DNA of 64,000 nt from assembly GCA_026416715.1 (NCBI GenBank), contig JAOAEQ010000005.1, forward strand, positions 1,190-65,189, written 5' to 3'. Below the pieces are notes generated by a model that was not told where the DNA came from, searched no databases, and was given only the letters and a program-made list of their open reading frames with translations. Source of the DNA: a bacterium. GTDB lineage: Bacteria > UBP4 > UBA4092 > JAOAEQ01. Shown one piece after another: positions 19,407 to 30,556 of this stretch. The translations under genes were made by a program, and so were the position numbers. Each line of letters starts with the position of its first letter. Positions within the stretch are counted from its first letter, which is position 1.

Positions 19407-20387
19407 CTATTGAATTCTGCCTGCCTTAACCAGTTCATTGTATATCCAGCGATAAGTTATTTCGAGTCCTTGTTCTAACGAAATCTGTGGCTCCCATTGT
19501 AACACTTGCCGAAGTCGAGTATTATCACTATTTCTCCCACGAACACCTTGTGGTTTCGTTAAATCGTATCGTTTAGTTATTTTCTTCCCAGCGATTTTTG
19601 CAACGATATCTACTAAATCATCTATACTGACTAATCGGTCAGTACCCAAATTCAATGGTTGATGATAATCGGACTGCATTAATCGATAGATACCTTCAAC
19701 ACAATCGTCAATGTAACAATATGACCGAGTCTGTTTTCCATCGCCCCAAACTTCTATTTCGTCAACTGGTTTTGCTAATGCTATTTTCCGGCATATAGCA
19801 GCAGGCGATTTTTCACGACCACCTTCATAAGCACCGAGTGGTCCATAAATATTATGGAATCGAACAACATAGGTTTTTAAACCGTAATCTTCATAGTAAT
19901 GACGGCACGCGCGTTCAGTATATAATTTTTCCCAACCATAACCATCTTCTGCATCTGCAGGATATGCATCTTCTTCTTTGAGTGGGATAACATTCGTATC
20001 TTTTTGACGATAGCCAGGATAGATACATGCAGATGAAGTGAAAAAGTATCGGGAAACACCCTGTAATCGCGCTGCTTCTAGCATATGCATATTAATCAGG
20101 ATATTGTCATAAACAATCTCTGCTTTATGCGTCTCAATGAACCCAATACCGCCCATATTTGCAGCTAGATTATATACCTGGTCGATTTTACGGACTGCCT
20201 GTAAACAATTATCCCAACGACGTAAATCTAGCAATTCAAATTCATCCGCTACCGTAGGTTCATATTCTGGCAATTTAATATCAACTCCACGAACCCAATA
20301 TCCTTTTTGTTTTAAAAATTTCACCAAGTGATGTCCGATAAATCCACCGGCGCCGGTAACCAAAATTTTTTCTAACCGATTTACCAT
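19407..20387 (-). CDS. GDP-mannose 3,5-epimerase homolog (SDR family)
   Basis: Extended similarity to GDP-mannose 3,5-epimerase as I recall it: GAGGFIGHH Rossmann loop, FFTSSACIYP, YGWEKL, RFHNIYGP..GGREK.PAA.CRK, GVRGRNSDN. Confidence 0.7.
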   Translation of the reverse strand: MVNRLEKILVTGAGGFIGHHLVKFLKQKGYWVRGVDIKLPEYEPTVADEFELLDLRRWDNCLQAVRKIDQVYNLAANMGGIGFIETHKAEIVYDNILINMHMLEAARLQGVSRYFFTSSACIYPGYRQKDTNVIPLKEEDAYPADAEDGYGWEKLYTERACRHYYEDYGLKTYVVRFHNIYGPLGAYEGGREKSPAAICRKIALAKPVDEIEVWGDGKQTRSYCYIDDCVEGIYRLMQSDYHQPLNLGTDRLVSIDDLVDIVAKIAGKKITKRYDLTKPQGVRGRNSDNTRLRQVLQWEPQISLEQGLEITYRWIYNELVKAGRIQ

Positions 20388-20400
20388 ACTGTTTTATCTC

Positions 20401-21678
20401 CTATTTTATGAATGTGCGTTTTGTTACATTACTAAGTAACGTATGATATGCTTGTACAGCGGTTATTAAATTGTATTTCTTTTCAATCGCATAACGCGCA
20501 TTATATCGCATTTCATTTAATCTTACCTGATTATTATACAGGGATAAAATCGCATTGAGCAACCCAACTTTATCTCCCGGTTCTACCACAACACCGCAAT
20601 TCTCCTCTTGGATAACCTTAGCAATTTCCGATTTCGCCGACATAATCGCGATGACGGGAACGCCAGCAGCTAAATAGCCAAAGGTTTTGGAAGGAACAGA
20701 CAACCCTTCTTGCCCACGAGCTAGTGAAACTAATCCCAAATGCGCACAGGATAATGAGAATCCGAGTTGTGCGCGTTCAACATAGGTATGAAACTGGCAA
20801 TTGGTTAAATGATTATCTTGCGCAAACTGCTGCATCCATTGTTTATAATGCCCTTCCCCAATAAACAGAAACTCTATATCTGGATACACCTGCAATTCTT
20901 TTACGACAGCCATAATTGTTTCCAGATCGTGGTATCGTCCCATATTGCCAGAATAACTAATTACGAATTTATCTTTTAACTTCCACTGGTCAATGTACGG
21001 ATTCGGTTTTCCGAACGCTTGCTGAATAAGACGGTCGTCACTCCAGATATGGATACGGTGGATTTTATCTCGGTCTTTTAAACCGTGCTGTTCGAACTTC
21101 TTAATAATTACTTCTTCCATACATCTACCGATAACTACGATAGCAGTCGCATGACGATATGTAAATTTATTAAACCATTCCCAGAGTTTTGCAACGAAAC
21201 TATCTTTTTTTAGTACACCAAGATTAATTGCACTATCCGGATACACATCGAAAATCAAATAGATATATGGTTTTCCGAGACCGATACTTTTTAAAATAGC
21301 ACAACTAACCGCAAGAAATGGCGGATTGGTTAAGACTAAAATCGGTCGTTTGCTGAAATCACACAATAGCTTGATAAAAGTTGAACTTGCATAGGTTATC
21401 TGGTTGATAATTCTTCCCCACAAATGCAACTTCGGAAATCGCGTTCCCCAAACCCGATGAATTCTTATTCCTTGATATTCAAGATATTTTGGAATTTTAT
21501 TTTGTTTTTTTAGAATGGTTACTGGACCACAGATAACTTCGATTTCAACTCCCAATTTTACTAATTCTTCACATAATTCGGTTAACGTCTGCCCAGTAGA
21601 AACGAGCTCTGGATAAAATAGTTGACAGAGAACCAATACTTTGATTCGATAATTATTGTTATTTTTATCCATTGACAA
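20401..21678 (-). CDS. GT4-family glycosyltransferase (WcaI-like)
   Basis: GT-B fold GT4-like sequence, N-terminal VLVLCQLFYPELVSTGQ typical of WcaI-type enzymes. Confidence 0.75.
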   Translation of the reverse strand: MSMDKNNNNYRIKVLVLCQLFYPELVSTGQTLTELCEELVKLGVEIEVICGPVTILKKQNKIPKYLEYQGIRIHRVWGTRFPKLHLWGRIINQITYASSTFIKLLCDFSKRPILVLTNPPFLAVSCAILKSIGLGKPYIYLIFDVYPDSAINLGVLKKDSFVAKLWEWFNKFTYRHATAIVVIGRCMEEVIIKKFEQHGLKDRDKIHRIHIWSDDRLIQQAFGKPNPYIDQWKLKDKFVISYSGNMGRYHDLETIMAVVKELQVYPDIEFLFIGEGHYKQWMQQFAQDNHLTNCQFHTYVERAQLGFSLSCAHLGLVSLARGQEGLSVPSKTFGYLAAGVPVIAIMSAKSEIAKVIQEENCGVVVEPGDKVGLLNAILSLYNNQVRLNEMRYNARYAIEKKYNLITAVQAYHTLLSNVTKRTFIK

Positions 21679-22792
21679 CCGCTATGTAAGCATCTAAAGT
21701 TGTTTTTGCCATTTTTTCCCAGACGAATAATTTTGCCCGTTGATATCCTTTTTCAATCAATTGTTTTCGTAAAACGGGTTGGGTTAGAATAGCATGGATT
21801 GCCTCAGCTATTGCTTGGGGGTTTTCCGGATCAATAAGCAGTCCTGCATCACCGATAATCTCGGGTAACGCAGTTCGGTTTGCCGCTATTACTGGACACC
21901 CGAATTTCATTGCTTCTACAACCGGGATGCCGAACCCTTCAAATAATGAAGGATGAACTACCAGCTCAGCTAATTGGTATAACCCAGCTAAATCAGGATC
22001 ACCTATATAACCAAGAATCAATACTCGATTGGGATTGATTTTATACTGTTTTATATGTTCTTGGATTGCTGATAATGATTGTAGTTTTAATCCAACCAAA
22101 ACCAAATCCACATTGCATTGGTCTGCGATTCGCGCATAAGCTTCCAGTAAACGTTTAAAGTTTTTATGGGGTAAGAGTGATGCAACTGATAAAATAAACG
22201 GAGCTTTAAGATTATACTTCGTTTGTATCTTTTCGTTAGACGGTATTGACAATTCAAAGATATCAAACTTCGATGCTGGATAGGTTACGATTATTTTATC
22301 TCTCGGTATATTCAATAACATCGCAATATCTTTTTTCGAATATTCTGATAATGTAATAATTCTATCTGCTTTTTTTGCACTTCTCGGAATAAAATACTGC
22401 CAATACCATAATCGAAATGTACTAAAGTTTTCCGGATAATATTTATATTGCATATCTGGAATAGTTACAATCGTATGGCTATCTATTGATAATGGTCCAA
22501 CATATCCTGGTGAATGGAGTAGGTCAATTCGTTCTTTTAGACCTAATTTCGGGAGAATAGCCTGTTCCCAGAAAACCCGAGTTGCTTTTATACGACTGGA
22601 GAAATTACATAGTATTCGCTTGAAATTCGGAAGTTTGAAATCAAACGAATCATGATTTTCGCGATTGGTAAAAAGTATATATTCATTTTGTGAATCAATT
22701 TTTGTTAAGCCATACAGTAATCCACGAACATAGGTCTCGGTTCCACCGACTTTCCCTGGAAGCAAGAATAAGGTATTAATTCCAATTCGCAT
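21665..22792 (-). CDS. GT4-family glycosyltransferase
   Basis: GT4 motifs (VGGTETYVRGL; C-terminal EGFGIPVVEAM); 14-bp overlap with the downstream GT4 gene. Confidence 0.8.
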   Translation of the reverse strand: MRIGINTLFLLPGKVGGTETYVRGLLYGLTKIDSQNEYILFTNRENHDSFDFKLPNFKRILCNFSSRIKATRVFWEQAILPKLGLKERIDLLHSPGYVGPLSIDSHTIVTIPDMQYKYYPENFSTFRLWYWQYFIPRSAKKADRIITLSEYSKKDIAMLLNIPRDKIIVTYPASKFDIFELSIPSNEKIQTKYNLKAPFILSVASLLPHKNFKRLLEAYARIADQCNVDLVLVGLKLQSLSAIQEHIKQYKINPNRVLILGYIGDPDLAGLYQLAELVVHPSLFEGFGIPVVEAMKFGCPVIAANRTALPEIIGDAGLLIDPENPQAIAEAIHAILTQPVLRKQLIEKGYQRAKLFVWEKMAKTTLDAYIAVVNG

Positions 22793-22800
22793 AAAAAATA

Positions 22801-24252
22801 TTATTTAAATACCGTTTGTTTAAGTTTAGCTAATTTGTGGATACAAACTAATAACCCAGCAAAAAACCAAAAATGGAGGTTATTTGGGAAACTTTCGAAA
22901 GTAACCCCGCCTAAAGCCGAAATGATTAGAATAATTATGCAGGCAAGCAGACCAAGAACGATTGTTTTTTCGAAAGATTCAGGGAGTATTCTGAATAGTC
23001 TAAACCCGAAACGCAATATACTTCCTAGTATCCAGATGAATAAAAATAAGCCGAACATTCCCATTTCAATTAGGAGTAATAAATAATAATTATGAGTTAA
23101 TGTTGCATCAGGTATTTCATAAAGGACTCCGACTGGACCAACCATACCTAACCCAATACCTAATAAATTCGAATCGAGCATCCGCTGGAATAATACCGTC
23201 CATTCATCTAATCGTTCCCGAATCGTGATATGGCTGGGGTCAAACGTTGTAATTCGACTGAATAATGCGGTCAACGCTAATGGTTGAATGAAATAAGCTA
23301 TAACGACTGCAATGCAAGCTATCAGCAGAAATCTAATAATAATTCTCGATTTCCCGGCGAGAAATCCGATAACCAGCGATGCGATAAATACTCCAAGCCA
23401 GGCACGTCGCGAGAAAGTAAACACTAAATTTATCCCACCAAAAAATAACGTTAATCCGAGCAAATACCGCCAACTTTTCACTAATTTATTGCGATAAACG
23501 AGCGCACCAAGACAGAATCCAACTAACATTGCCATAAATATCGCATACGCATTCGCACTATGTTCATCACCAAACACGGTTAATCGGCCAACAATATGTT
23601 CCGGCATGACCTCAAACCAAGTTCCTAATCCAATTTTAGTCGTAAAAATGCGGTATAGCCCCCACAGTGAAAAAAGCAACCCGCTCCACAGGAAAAGTTC
23701 AATCGCTTTTTGGATATCCTGCGCTCTGGTTAAAATTGCTATAGTTAAGAGAAAGACAAGAATAAATTCTACAGTAGACCGTAGCCCCCAAAAACCCGCT
23801 TTTACCTCTGGACTAACAAAAGTATAGATAAATGCTAATCCAATAAAACATAGTATCGGAATGTAAACTGGATAAAGTTCATTTTCCTTAATCGGTAAAC
23901 GATATCGTTTATGCACCAGATGTAAACCCCATACTCCTAGTAAACTTAATAACCAGATATCTTTCGGAACGCGAAGTAACGTTTTGGGTATTTCAACTCC
24001 GGTAAGTTGGGCAACGAGTTTAGTTTCACTTACTACGATTAAAAAAGGAGCTGATGCAATTAATAGTATTAACCCCGATTCTACATGGTAATACAGGAAT
24101 ATCAGCCAAATAAATGTAACTAGCACCCATACTACTATCCAAGGTTCCAAGTTGACACAAATTGCTGATATAAGTAGCAGTAGAAGTAACCAAAGATAAC
24201 CTTGCCGGAAATAGGACGATTTTGAAACCGCGATTTCTTTGACGTTGAGCAT
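22801..24252 (-). CDS. O-antigen ligase/polymerase family membrane protein (Wzy-like)
   Basis: 483 aa polytopic membrane protein placed between glycosyltransferases. Confidence 0.6.
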   Translation of the reverse strand: MLNVKEIAVSKSSYFRQGYLWLLLLLLISAICVNLEPWIVVWVLVTFIWLIFLYYHVESGLILLIASAPFLIVVSETKLVAQLTGVEIPKTLLRVPKDIWLLSLLGVWGLHLVHKRYRLPIKENELYPVYIPILCFIGLAFIYTFVSPEVKAGFWGLRSTVEFILVFLLTIAILTRAQDIQKAIELFLWSGLLFSLWGLYRIFTTKIGLGTWFEVMPEHIVGRLTVFGDEHSANAYAIFMAMLVGFCLGALVYRNKLVKSWRYLLGLTLFFGGINLVFTFSRRAWLGVFIASLVIGFLAGKSRIIIRFLLIACIAVVIAYFIQPLALTALFSRITTFDPSHITIRERLDEWTVLFQRMLDSNLLGIGLGMVGPVGVLYEIPDATLTHNYYLLLLIEMGMFGLFLFIWILGSILRFGFRLFRILPESFEKTIVLGLLACIIILIISALGGVTFESFPNNLHFWFFAGLLVCIHKLAKLKQTVFK

Positions 24253-24414
24253 TATATTTCATCACCAAAATTTTTCGATAATCATCATAAAATAATTATA
24301 ATACGGAATTTAACCTCTACGATAGGGAAAGAAAAAAATGGCAAATATCAAAATCTAAATTTCAAAATAATGCCGTGTTGAATTCGAATTTTTCAAAACA
24401 AAAGGTAACAAGGT

Positions 24415-25590
24415 TTATTTTGATGGGGATGATAAAAGTTGTCGGTAACAAGTTTCGATTGCAGCGACGTTCTGTTGAATATTAAAATGCTGCTCGAGTC
24501 GGTTACGACCTTGTTCTCCAAAGATTTTTCTTAATTCCGGACAATTTAGTAGTGTTTGAATTGCGGTCGCTAATGCTTCTACATCATTTGGAGGAACTAA
24601 AATACCAGTTTCATTATCAACAACAATTTCAGGAACGCCACCAACGTTACTTGCAACTACTGGTTTCCAATATAACATCGCTTCAAATAATACGGTAGGT
24701 AATGGGTCTGGCATAATTGAACTATGCACGATAATATCAGTCATCTGCATTAATATTGAAATATCGGTTCGATATCCGGTGAAAATCACTACCGATTGTA
24801 GATCTAATTGTTTCACTAATTGTTCAAGACACTGCTTATAGCCTCGTTCTCTCTCTTGAATAATATCACCGACAATAAGGAATTTTACTGGGATCTGCGT
24901 TCGTGAAATTAGTTTTTTTACTGCGGAGATAAAAATATGCTGACCTTTCCATTGCGCAATTTGACCAAACATACTTATAACAATTGCATCTGGCGGTATA
25001 TTGAGCTTACTTTTCGTTTTCTGAATTATCTCTTGGGATAGTTGTTTTGCTTGCAAGCAATCCATGCCATTATAGATAACCGTACATTTGTCTCGTGAAA
25101 CGCCTAATTCAATCAATCTGGTTTTAACAGCGTTTGAAACTGCGATAATCCGCGTTGCTAGACGTCCGGCAAATCCGATAAATTGCCGGTTAAACCAGCA
25201 GGGGGTAACGATATCATGCATATGCCAGATTATCGGCCGATGCATTAATTTAGCGGCAAAACCGCTGTATAACATTGCTGTAAACGAATTCGCATGCAGT
25301 AAATCTATTTTCTCTTTCTGAATCATGGTTTTCAATTGGGCAGTTGTTTTCCAGAAATTTGGAATATATAGTATTAATCGAATCGGATTATACGAACGTA
25401 CGAGCAACGGAATTTTAATTGGATAGGTTTTGATTCCAAGTTTAGTTATTTCAGATAACAATGTCCCGTCGGAGGGTGCAATTACGACCGGTTCAAATTT
25501 CGCTCGGTCAAGATGCGAAAGCAAATTCAATAGCACTCGTTCAGCTCCACTAATTTTTCCAACATGGTTTATATACAGTATACGTTTCAT
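24415..25590 (-). CDS. GT4-family glycosyltransferase
   Basis: GT4-like N-terminal domain (GKISGAERVLLNL) and C-terminal nucleotide-sugar binding region. Confidence 0.8.
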   Translation of the reverse strand: MKRILYINHVGKISGAERVLLNLLSHLDRAKFEPVVIAPSDGTLLSEITKLGIKTYPIKIPLLVRSYNPIRLILYIPNFWKTTAQLKTMIQKEKIDLLHANSFTAMLYSGFAAKLMHRPIIWHMHDIVTPCWFNRQFIGFAGRLATRIIAVSNAVKTRLIELGVSRDKCTVIYNGMDCLQAKQLSQEIIQKTKSKLNIPPDAIVISMFGQIAQWKGQHIFISAVKKLISRTQIPVKFLIVGDIIQERERGYKQCLEQLVKQLDLQSVVIFTGYRTDISILMQMTDIIVHSSIMPDPLPTVLFEAMLYWKPVVASNVGGVPEIVVDNETGILVPPNDVEALATAIQTLLNCPELRKIFGEQGRNRLEQHFNIQQNVAAIETCYRQLLSSPSK

Positions 25591-25708
25591 TTTTTTGTAG
25601 AGTTTAGAACCAAATATTTTTTGTTATTGTCGGGTTAGATCGAACGAACCTATCAAGCCTCGTACGATCTAACCATAGTATTTCTTGCCATGCTCCGTTC
25701 ACTCTAAC

Positions 25709-27022
25709 CTATTTCCTGTTAAATATAATGTTTTTCATATAATGAAAATCAATAAATAACGGGCGAATGTTGAATTGTTTGTTTAAAATAATCCAATAGA
25801 TCAATAAAACTGAAGCAGAAGTAATCAACGAAGTTATTGCTGCACCGAAAACGCCAAGTTTAGGAATTAATGCTAGATTAACCAGGATATTTATCACTGC
25901 GCCAAACCAGGTTAATTGCGCATTCCATTCTGGTTTTCCAATTCCATTAAATACACTTGCAGCAATCCGATAAAATGGATGCAGCAAACCCCAGAACGCA
26001 AACACTCGCACCAAACTTGCTGCCTCTTGATATTTTTCGCCATAAAAAACTCGGAGAATAAATTCAGGGAAAAAAAATAAAATTAATGTTACTGGGATAG
26101 CTAACAGAAATAAGAACCCTGATGCGGTTTCGTATATTTTCCGAATACGTTCCCGACTGATTTCTCCTAAAGACAAATCAATCTTCGCACTTTCTGGAAA
26201 TACAATTGCATTCATTGAATCATTTATCACGGTCGCAAAATTCGTGAATAAATGCGCGATATTATATACCGCGATGCTCATCGGACTAACCATAAAATAT
26301 GCCAGCATAAATAAATCTATTTTCGAATAGATTTGGACTCCGGCGCTATTGATAAACGAATAAGATGCAAACCGAGTAATACGTTTAAGCCATTCTATTT
26401 GTAGCTGATTTTTGAATTTTAGATACTCCCGTGCAAACCATAGTCCGGGAATTGAACTGATAAAATAACTTAATGCAACAATCCAGATAACTTCAATCCC
26501 GTTGGATAAATGCCCGGTAAGTTTGAAAAGAGTCAGAAAAAAAACAAAGTTACCTAAAACAAAACAATCAGTCCAAAAAACCTGTTTCAACTTTTGTTTT
26601 GCAATCAGAAGTTGGCGAATGAAATAATTGCATAATACTGCAAAAAGGATTAACGGTACCCAACGTAATAGAATCGCTAATCGTGGAACATGGAATATTG
26701 TCGCGATACCTTCGGAAAAGAAAAACAAGATACTTGATGAAAATATCGTCAGAATGAATTTAAGCAATAATGAATGGAAGTTTACGAGTGGAAGCTCAGA
26801 ATCATCTTTCTCTGCAGCGTATTTGATTAGCGCCTGCCCAATGGATAAATCACCAAACAAAATTAAAAAGACACGAATACTATCGCACAGAACCAGTACT
26901 CCATATTCTTCTTTTGGAATACTGCGTACTACCGTAATAACATAAACGAAAGAAAACAATGCTATGATGATACTATCTAAAATCGCATAAACACTACGAT
27001 GTATATATACATTAATTTTCAT
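25709..27022 (-). CDS. Wzx-like oligosaccharide flippase (MOP superfamily)
   Basis: 437 aa, about 12 TM segments, polysaccharide-biosynthesis-protein-like organisation. Confidence 0.65.
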   Translation of the reverse strand: MKINVYIHRSVYAILDSIIIALFSFVYVITVVRSIPKEEYGVLVLCDSIRVFLILFGDLSIGQALIKYAAEKDDSELPLVNFHSLLLKFILTIFSSSILFFFSEGIATIFHVPRLAILLRWVPLILFAVLCNYFIRQLLIAKQKLKQVFWTDCFVLGNFVFFLTLFKLTGHLSNGIEVIWIVALSYFISSIPGLWFAREYLKFKNQLQIEWLKRITRFASYSFINSAGVQIYSKIDLFMLAYFMVSPMSIAVYNIAHLFTNFATVINDSMNAIVFPESAKIDLSLGEISRERIRKIYETASGFLFLLAIPVTLILFFFPEFILRVFYGEKYQEAASLVRVFAFWGLLHPFYRIAASVFNGIGKPEWNAQLTWFGAVINILVNLALIPKLGVFGAAITSLITSASVLLIYWIILNKQFNIRPLFIDFHYMKNIIFNRK

Positions 27023-27140
27023 CGGATTATATCCAAATTAATTTAACGCTATGGATTCTTATAGGCATAAATAACCATTCGATTTTGTCTATGCAGAACT
27101 GCTGCGACCAAATTACATAATCCTAGAATGAAAAAATTTA

Positions 27141-27929
27141 CTATTTTTTAGGTAATGATTTTTTAAGGTTGTTTTTTGCCAATAAAATTCTAAATGGACT
27201 TTCGATTTGTTCAATGTGACGAATAGAAAAACCCATTTTTTCAAGAATCATACGGATATTCTTTTTATTAAAAACATACCAATGGCCGTATTTAGTTCCA
27301 TACATGGTATTGGCATAGGTTATTTTTCCCATAGATAGTTTATAGATGAACCGATGGAAACTATGAATTAAACTGTCTTCACTTGGTGTTTCAATAACTA
27401 ATAACCCATCTGGTTTAATCCAATCAGCGATCTGTTGCAGGGAATGAACCGGTTCCGAAAGATGTTCTAAAATATTAAACATGGTTACAACATCGAAAAA
27501 TTCTTTGGGAAACTCCGCTGAATGTACCGATGCCACTTGAATCTGAATGTCAAATTGCTTTTTAGCAAACTCCGCTGCATACCGACTTATATCAACACCA
27601 TAGCATACCCATCCATGCTGTTTCGCGACATTAAGAAAATATCCGAAACCACATTCAACATCAAGTACCGTTTTGCCGTTAGTTTTTTTCAAACGTTCAA
27701 TTTTTTTTAAGCGATTTATAAAAGTGCGGTCGAAAATTTCACGGTTTAATTCATAGATATCCTCATGCCCACCATAGTGTTCAATGATTTCTTCTTGGAA
27801 CGTACCGTTTACATAGACCAATCCACAGTGAGGACATTCAACAACTAGCTTACCGGGAATACTATACAAGGGATGTGGCGGATATTTCTCATTGTCTTGA
27901 CAAATACAACATGGTTTAATATACATCAT
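27141..27929 (-). CDS. Class I SAM-dependent methyltransferase with N-terminal Cys4 zinc ribbon
   Basis: CCIC...CPHC zinc ribbon followed by methyltransferase motif I (VLDVECGFGYF) and later motifs. Confidence 0.75.
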   Translation of the reverse strand: MMYIKPCCICQDNEKYPPHPLYSIPGKLVVECPHCGLVYVNGTFQEEIIEHYGGHEDIYELNREIFDRTFINRLKKIERLKKTNGKTVLDVECGFGYFLNVAKQHGWVCYGVDISRYAAEFAKKQFDIQIQVASVHSAEFPKEFFDVVTMFNILEHLSEPVHSLQQIADWIKPDGLLVIETPSEDSLIHSFHRFIYKLSMGKITYANTMYGTKYGHWYVFNKKNIRMILEKMGFSIRHIEQIESPFRILLAKNNLKKSLPKK

Positions 27930-27935
27930 ACTCGT

Positions 27936-29042
27936 TTACTCTATTTTAAGAATTACAGATAAAAATTTATAAATATCCACTGTTTTTTCAATCGGTAATA
28001 AATGTTGGGCGATGATATTATTATAAAATAATACTCCTTTTTGGCTTTCTAATTCCGGATGATATCCATGCATCGCTTTCGGAATCTTCTTACCATAAAA
28101 ACTTGGGGAAAATACTAACCCTTCATTCAATAAGAAAAGAATATTACCAAATTTAGATGAGGTAAGTTTATATTGTAGTCGTTCTTCTGGAGTAATTATT
28201 CTGCCATACACTTGCTGATTGAGAAATTTTTCTAGTTCGGAACGTAGATTATTATCAAAAGTCCAAATACGCAGCATAGTTGAATCCTGTATATAGAAAT
28301 AACGCTCTGGACTAGGATTCCCAAACTCCGTTTCCATAATTAATTTAACTGATCCGGTAACATTCGTCATGCCATGATCGCTTATGACAACTATCTTTCC
28401 ATCTGGATATAACTTCTGATATTTTCCTATTAACGTGGAAATATTCGTATTCAACTCTTCTATTGCCTTTACATAATCTGACGTCCCAACACCTACCCGA
28501 TGCGTTATTCCATCTAAATCTACTAACCCGATAAATAACCGCGGATGAGATTCCATTGCGGTTAGTCCTGCGAGTGTCATTTTAGCATCGCGGTTAGGAT
28601 GTTTAAAATCAGGATATTTAATAACATATAAATCCGGATTCTGAATAAATAACGATGGAATATGATAGTTAGGCGAAAATATATCCGGCTGGTTCTGTAA
28701 ATAAGGTAAATAGTGGAATGGAATATTCCAAATGGGACCGAAAATTTTGTTTCCCAGACGATGTAAAACTCGGTCGATTACATAACATTTGCCCATTGGT
28801 GAAATGACCTTGAACAAAAACCGATATTTCCAGAACGGCGAATTAGTTCCGACATAAGTCCATTCACTGAAATATCCGAGTTCGTCTGGCATTTTCCCGG
28901 TAAAAAGTTCTGCCTGAATATTGATGCTATATCCAAACCCGGGAGTTAATGGAAGCTGAGTCACAAATTGCTTCGCAACTGCCATTTGTAAAGCATATTG
29001 ATACGGGAGACTATCAATGAATATAATGAGAAAATTAGCCAT
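27936..29042 (-). CDS. Alkaline-phosphatase-superfamily protein (nucleotide pyrophosphatase/phosphodiesterase-like)
   Basis: N-terminal IIFIDSLPY and VVISDHGMT metal-ligand motifs typical of the AP/NPP superfamily; no TM segments. Confidence 0.55.
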   Translation of the reverse strand: MANFLIIFIDSLPYQYALQMAVAKQFVTQLPLTPGFGYSINIQAELFTGKMPDELGYFSEWTYVGTNSPFWKYRFLFKVISPMGKCYVIDRVLHRLGNKIFGPIWNIPFHYLPYLQNQPDIFSPNYHIPSLFIQNPDLYVIKYPDFKHPNRDAKMTLAGLTAMESHPRLFIGLVDLDGITHRVGVGTSDYVKAIEELNTNISTLIGKYQKLYPDGKIVVISDHGMTNVTGSVKLIMETEFGNPSPERYFYIQDSTMLRIWTFDNNLRSELEKFLNQQVYGRIITPEERLQYKLTSSKFGNILFLLNEGLVFSPSFYGKKIPKAMHGYHPELESQKGVLFYNNIIAQHLLPIEKTVDIYKFLSVILKIE

Positions 29043-29188
29043 TGATGATTATTTAATGTCAAATGTTATAGCTCAAACCTTCATTGCTCTATAACCAACA
29101 AAAACTGGGAATAGATGTCGTCTGACATTGAACATTAAGTTTTGAACGTTTATTGGTGATTGAAACTTTGACATTTAAATTTGGTATA

Positions 29189-30556
29189 TTATCTTTCTAT
29201 GTGACCTTCCAAAATATAAGATAAATAATCTTCCTTTTGCCCGATGCTCTGATATAAATCCATTAAGAACCGACCAAATATTTTTCGTAACCAAATCCAT
29301 CGTTCTCCAATTGGGATAGATAAATCCATAAACTCTACCGGTAATCGGCGTAATGTTAATTGTGATACAAGCTGAGATGCTTTTCTTAAGTGGAATTCAG
29401 CTTCAGGTAAATCATTGATTATTGCTATCGCTCGGAAAGCAAAATGTAAATGATATAGGCAACTGATCATTTTCCCGATTTTCCCTTGCCAATACCAATT
29501 CCACCATCTATAAATTGTCCTTTGGTTGAAATGTTTTGCTACTAATGTTAATTCGTATACTTTTCGTCTGAATTTGTATTCATTAAACAACCGCGTTTGG
29601 TATTTTTCAAGGATGTTCGGTAGTTCAGTATCTGGAACTTTAATATTATTAACAGCTAACAGATGTTTACCTGCCTGGATAAAATACGCTAACGTTTGCT
29701 GGTATAACTGTTCTGTTGACTCAGGAAAAATGAACTTGAACTTTCCATCCAAACATTGATTTAGAAAATCTGGAAATGAAGAATTAAAATAACGCCGAAG
29801 TTGTAAATCTGGATAATGCTCACGAATATAATCGACTCGTTCTCTAAATGAAGACAATAAAACTTTTTCCCATGGTAGGAGATAAGTGGTTAAATCCAAT
29901 GAATTCCGACATAAAACGAAATTGAATAATTCTTGGTTATTATTTCCTTCCGTTCTTCCGTTTTTAGGTTTTGTAATCAGCCAGGATCGTGGTACATATA
30001 ACGCTATTGCCCATAATCTCCATAAAATCACTTCCGCTAATTCCCGGTAATCCAGATTATCGCAATTAATTTCCGGAATTTCTGAACGTATATCGGTTCC
30101 GAAGATAGTTTTCCCGATCTTTTTTGCTTCATAATGACGGATTAATGGCGGTAGTTGCTGTACCTGGCGTAATGAAATATAACTGCAATCAATATGAAAT
30201 AACGGGGAATTTTTATTCCATTTTTTTTCTAATTGCGCGAGTTGAACAAATAATCGCTTCCGTTCAGTGTTGCTAGGTTTTCTTTTCGATACGGCTAATA
30301 ATTCAATATCACTCCATAATGAAATCTGCCCATCAGGTTCAATCCGATAACTAAATTCACCTCGAGCGGTACTACCCAGCAGTAAAATAGATAGAATATC
30401 AGATACACTTTTCTCTGTAATAACTTGAATTTCAGATAAGTAGTTGTGAATAAGGGTAGGATAACCAAATTCATTGCAGAGCGATAGCAAACTCGATTGT
30501 TCCATATGAATGAATAAAATTACCGCTGATTTCTGAATATCTTTTAGTGGATTCAA
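29189..30556 (-). CDS. Hypothetical protein with Pol-beta-like nucleotidyltransferase motif
   Basis: 455 aa; LLLGSTARGE...SDIELL resembles an hG[GS]...DhEh nucleotidyltransferase core but with atypical spacing; the rest is helical and unrecognised. Confidence 0.4.
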   Translation of the reverse strand: MNPLKDIQKSAVILFIHMEQSSLLSLCNEFGYPTLIHNYLSEIQVITEKSVSDILSILLLGSTARGEFSYRIEPDGQISLWSDIELLAVSKRKPSNTERKRLFVQLAQLEKKWNKNSPLFHIDCSYISLRQVQQLPPLIRHYEAKKIGKTIFGTDIRSEIPEINCDNLDYRELAEVILWRLWAIALYVPRSWLITKPKNGRTEGNNNQELFNFVLCRNSLDLTTYLLPWEKVLLSSFRERVDYIREHYPDLQLRRYFNSSFPDFLNQCLDGKFKFIFPESTEQLYQQTLAYFIQAGKHLLAVNNIKVPDTELPNILEKYQTRLFNEYKFRRKVYELTLVAKHFNQRTIYRWWNWYWQGKIGKMISCLYHLHFAFRAIAIINDLPEAEFHLRKASQLVSQLTLRRLPVEFMDLSIPIGERWIWLRKIFGRFLMDLYQSIGQKEDYLSYILEGHIER

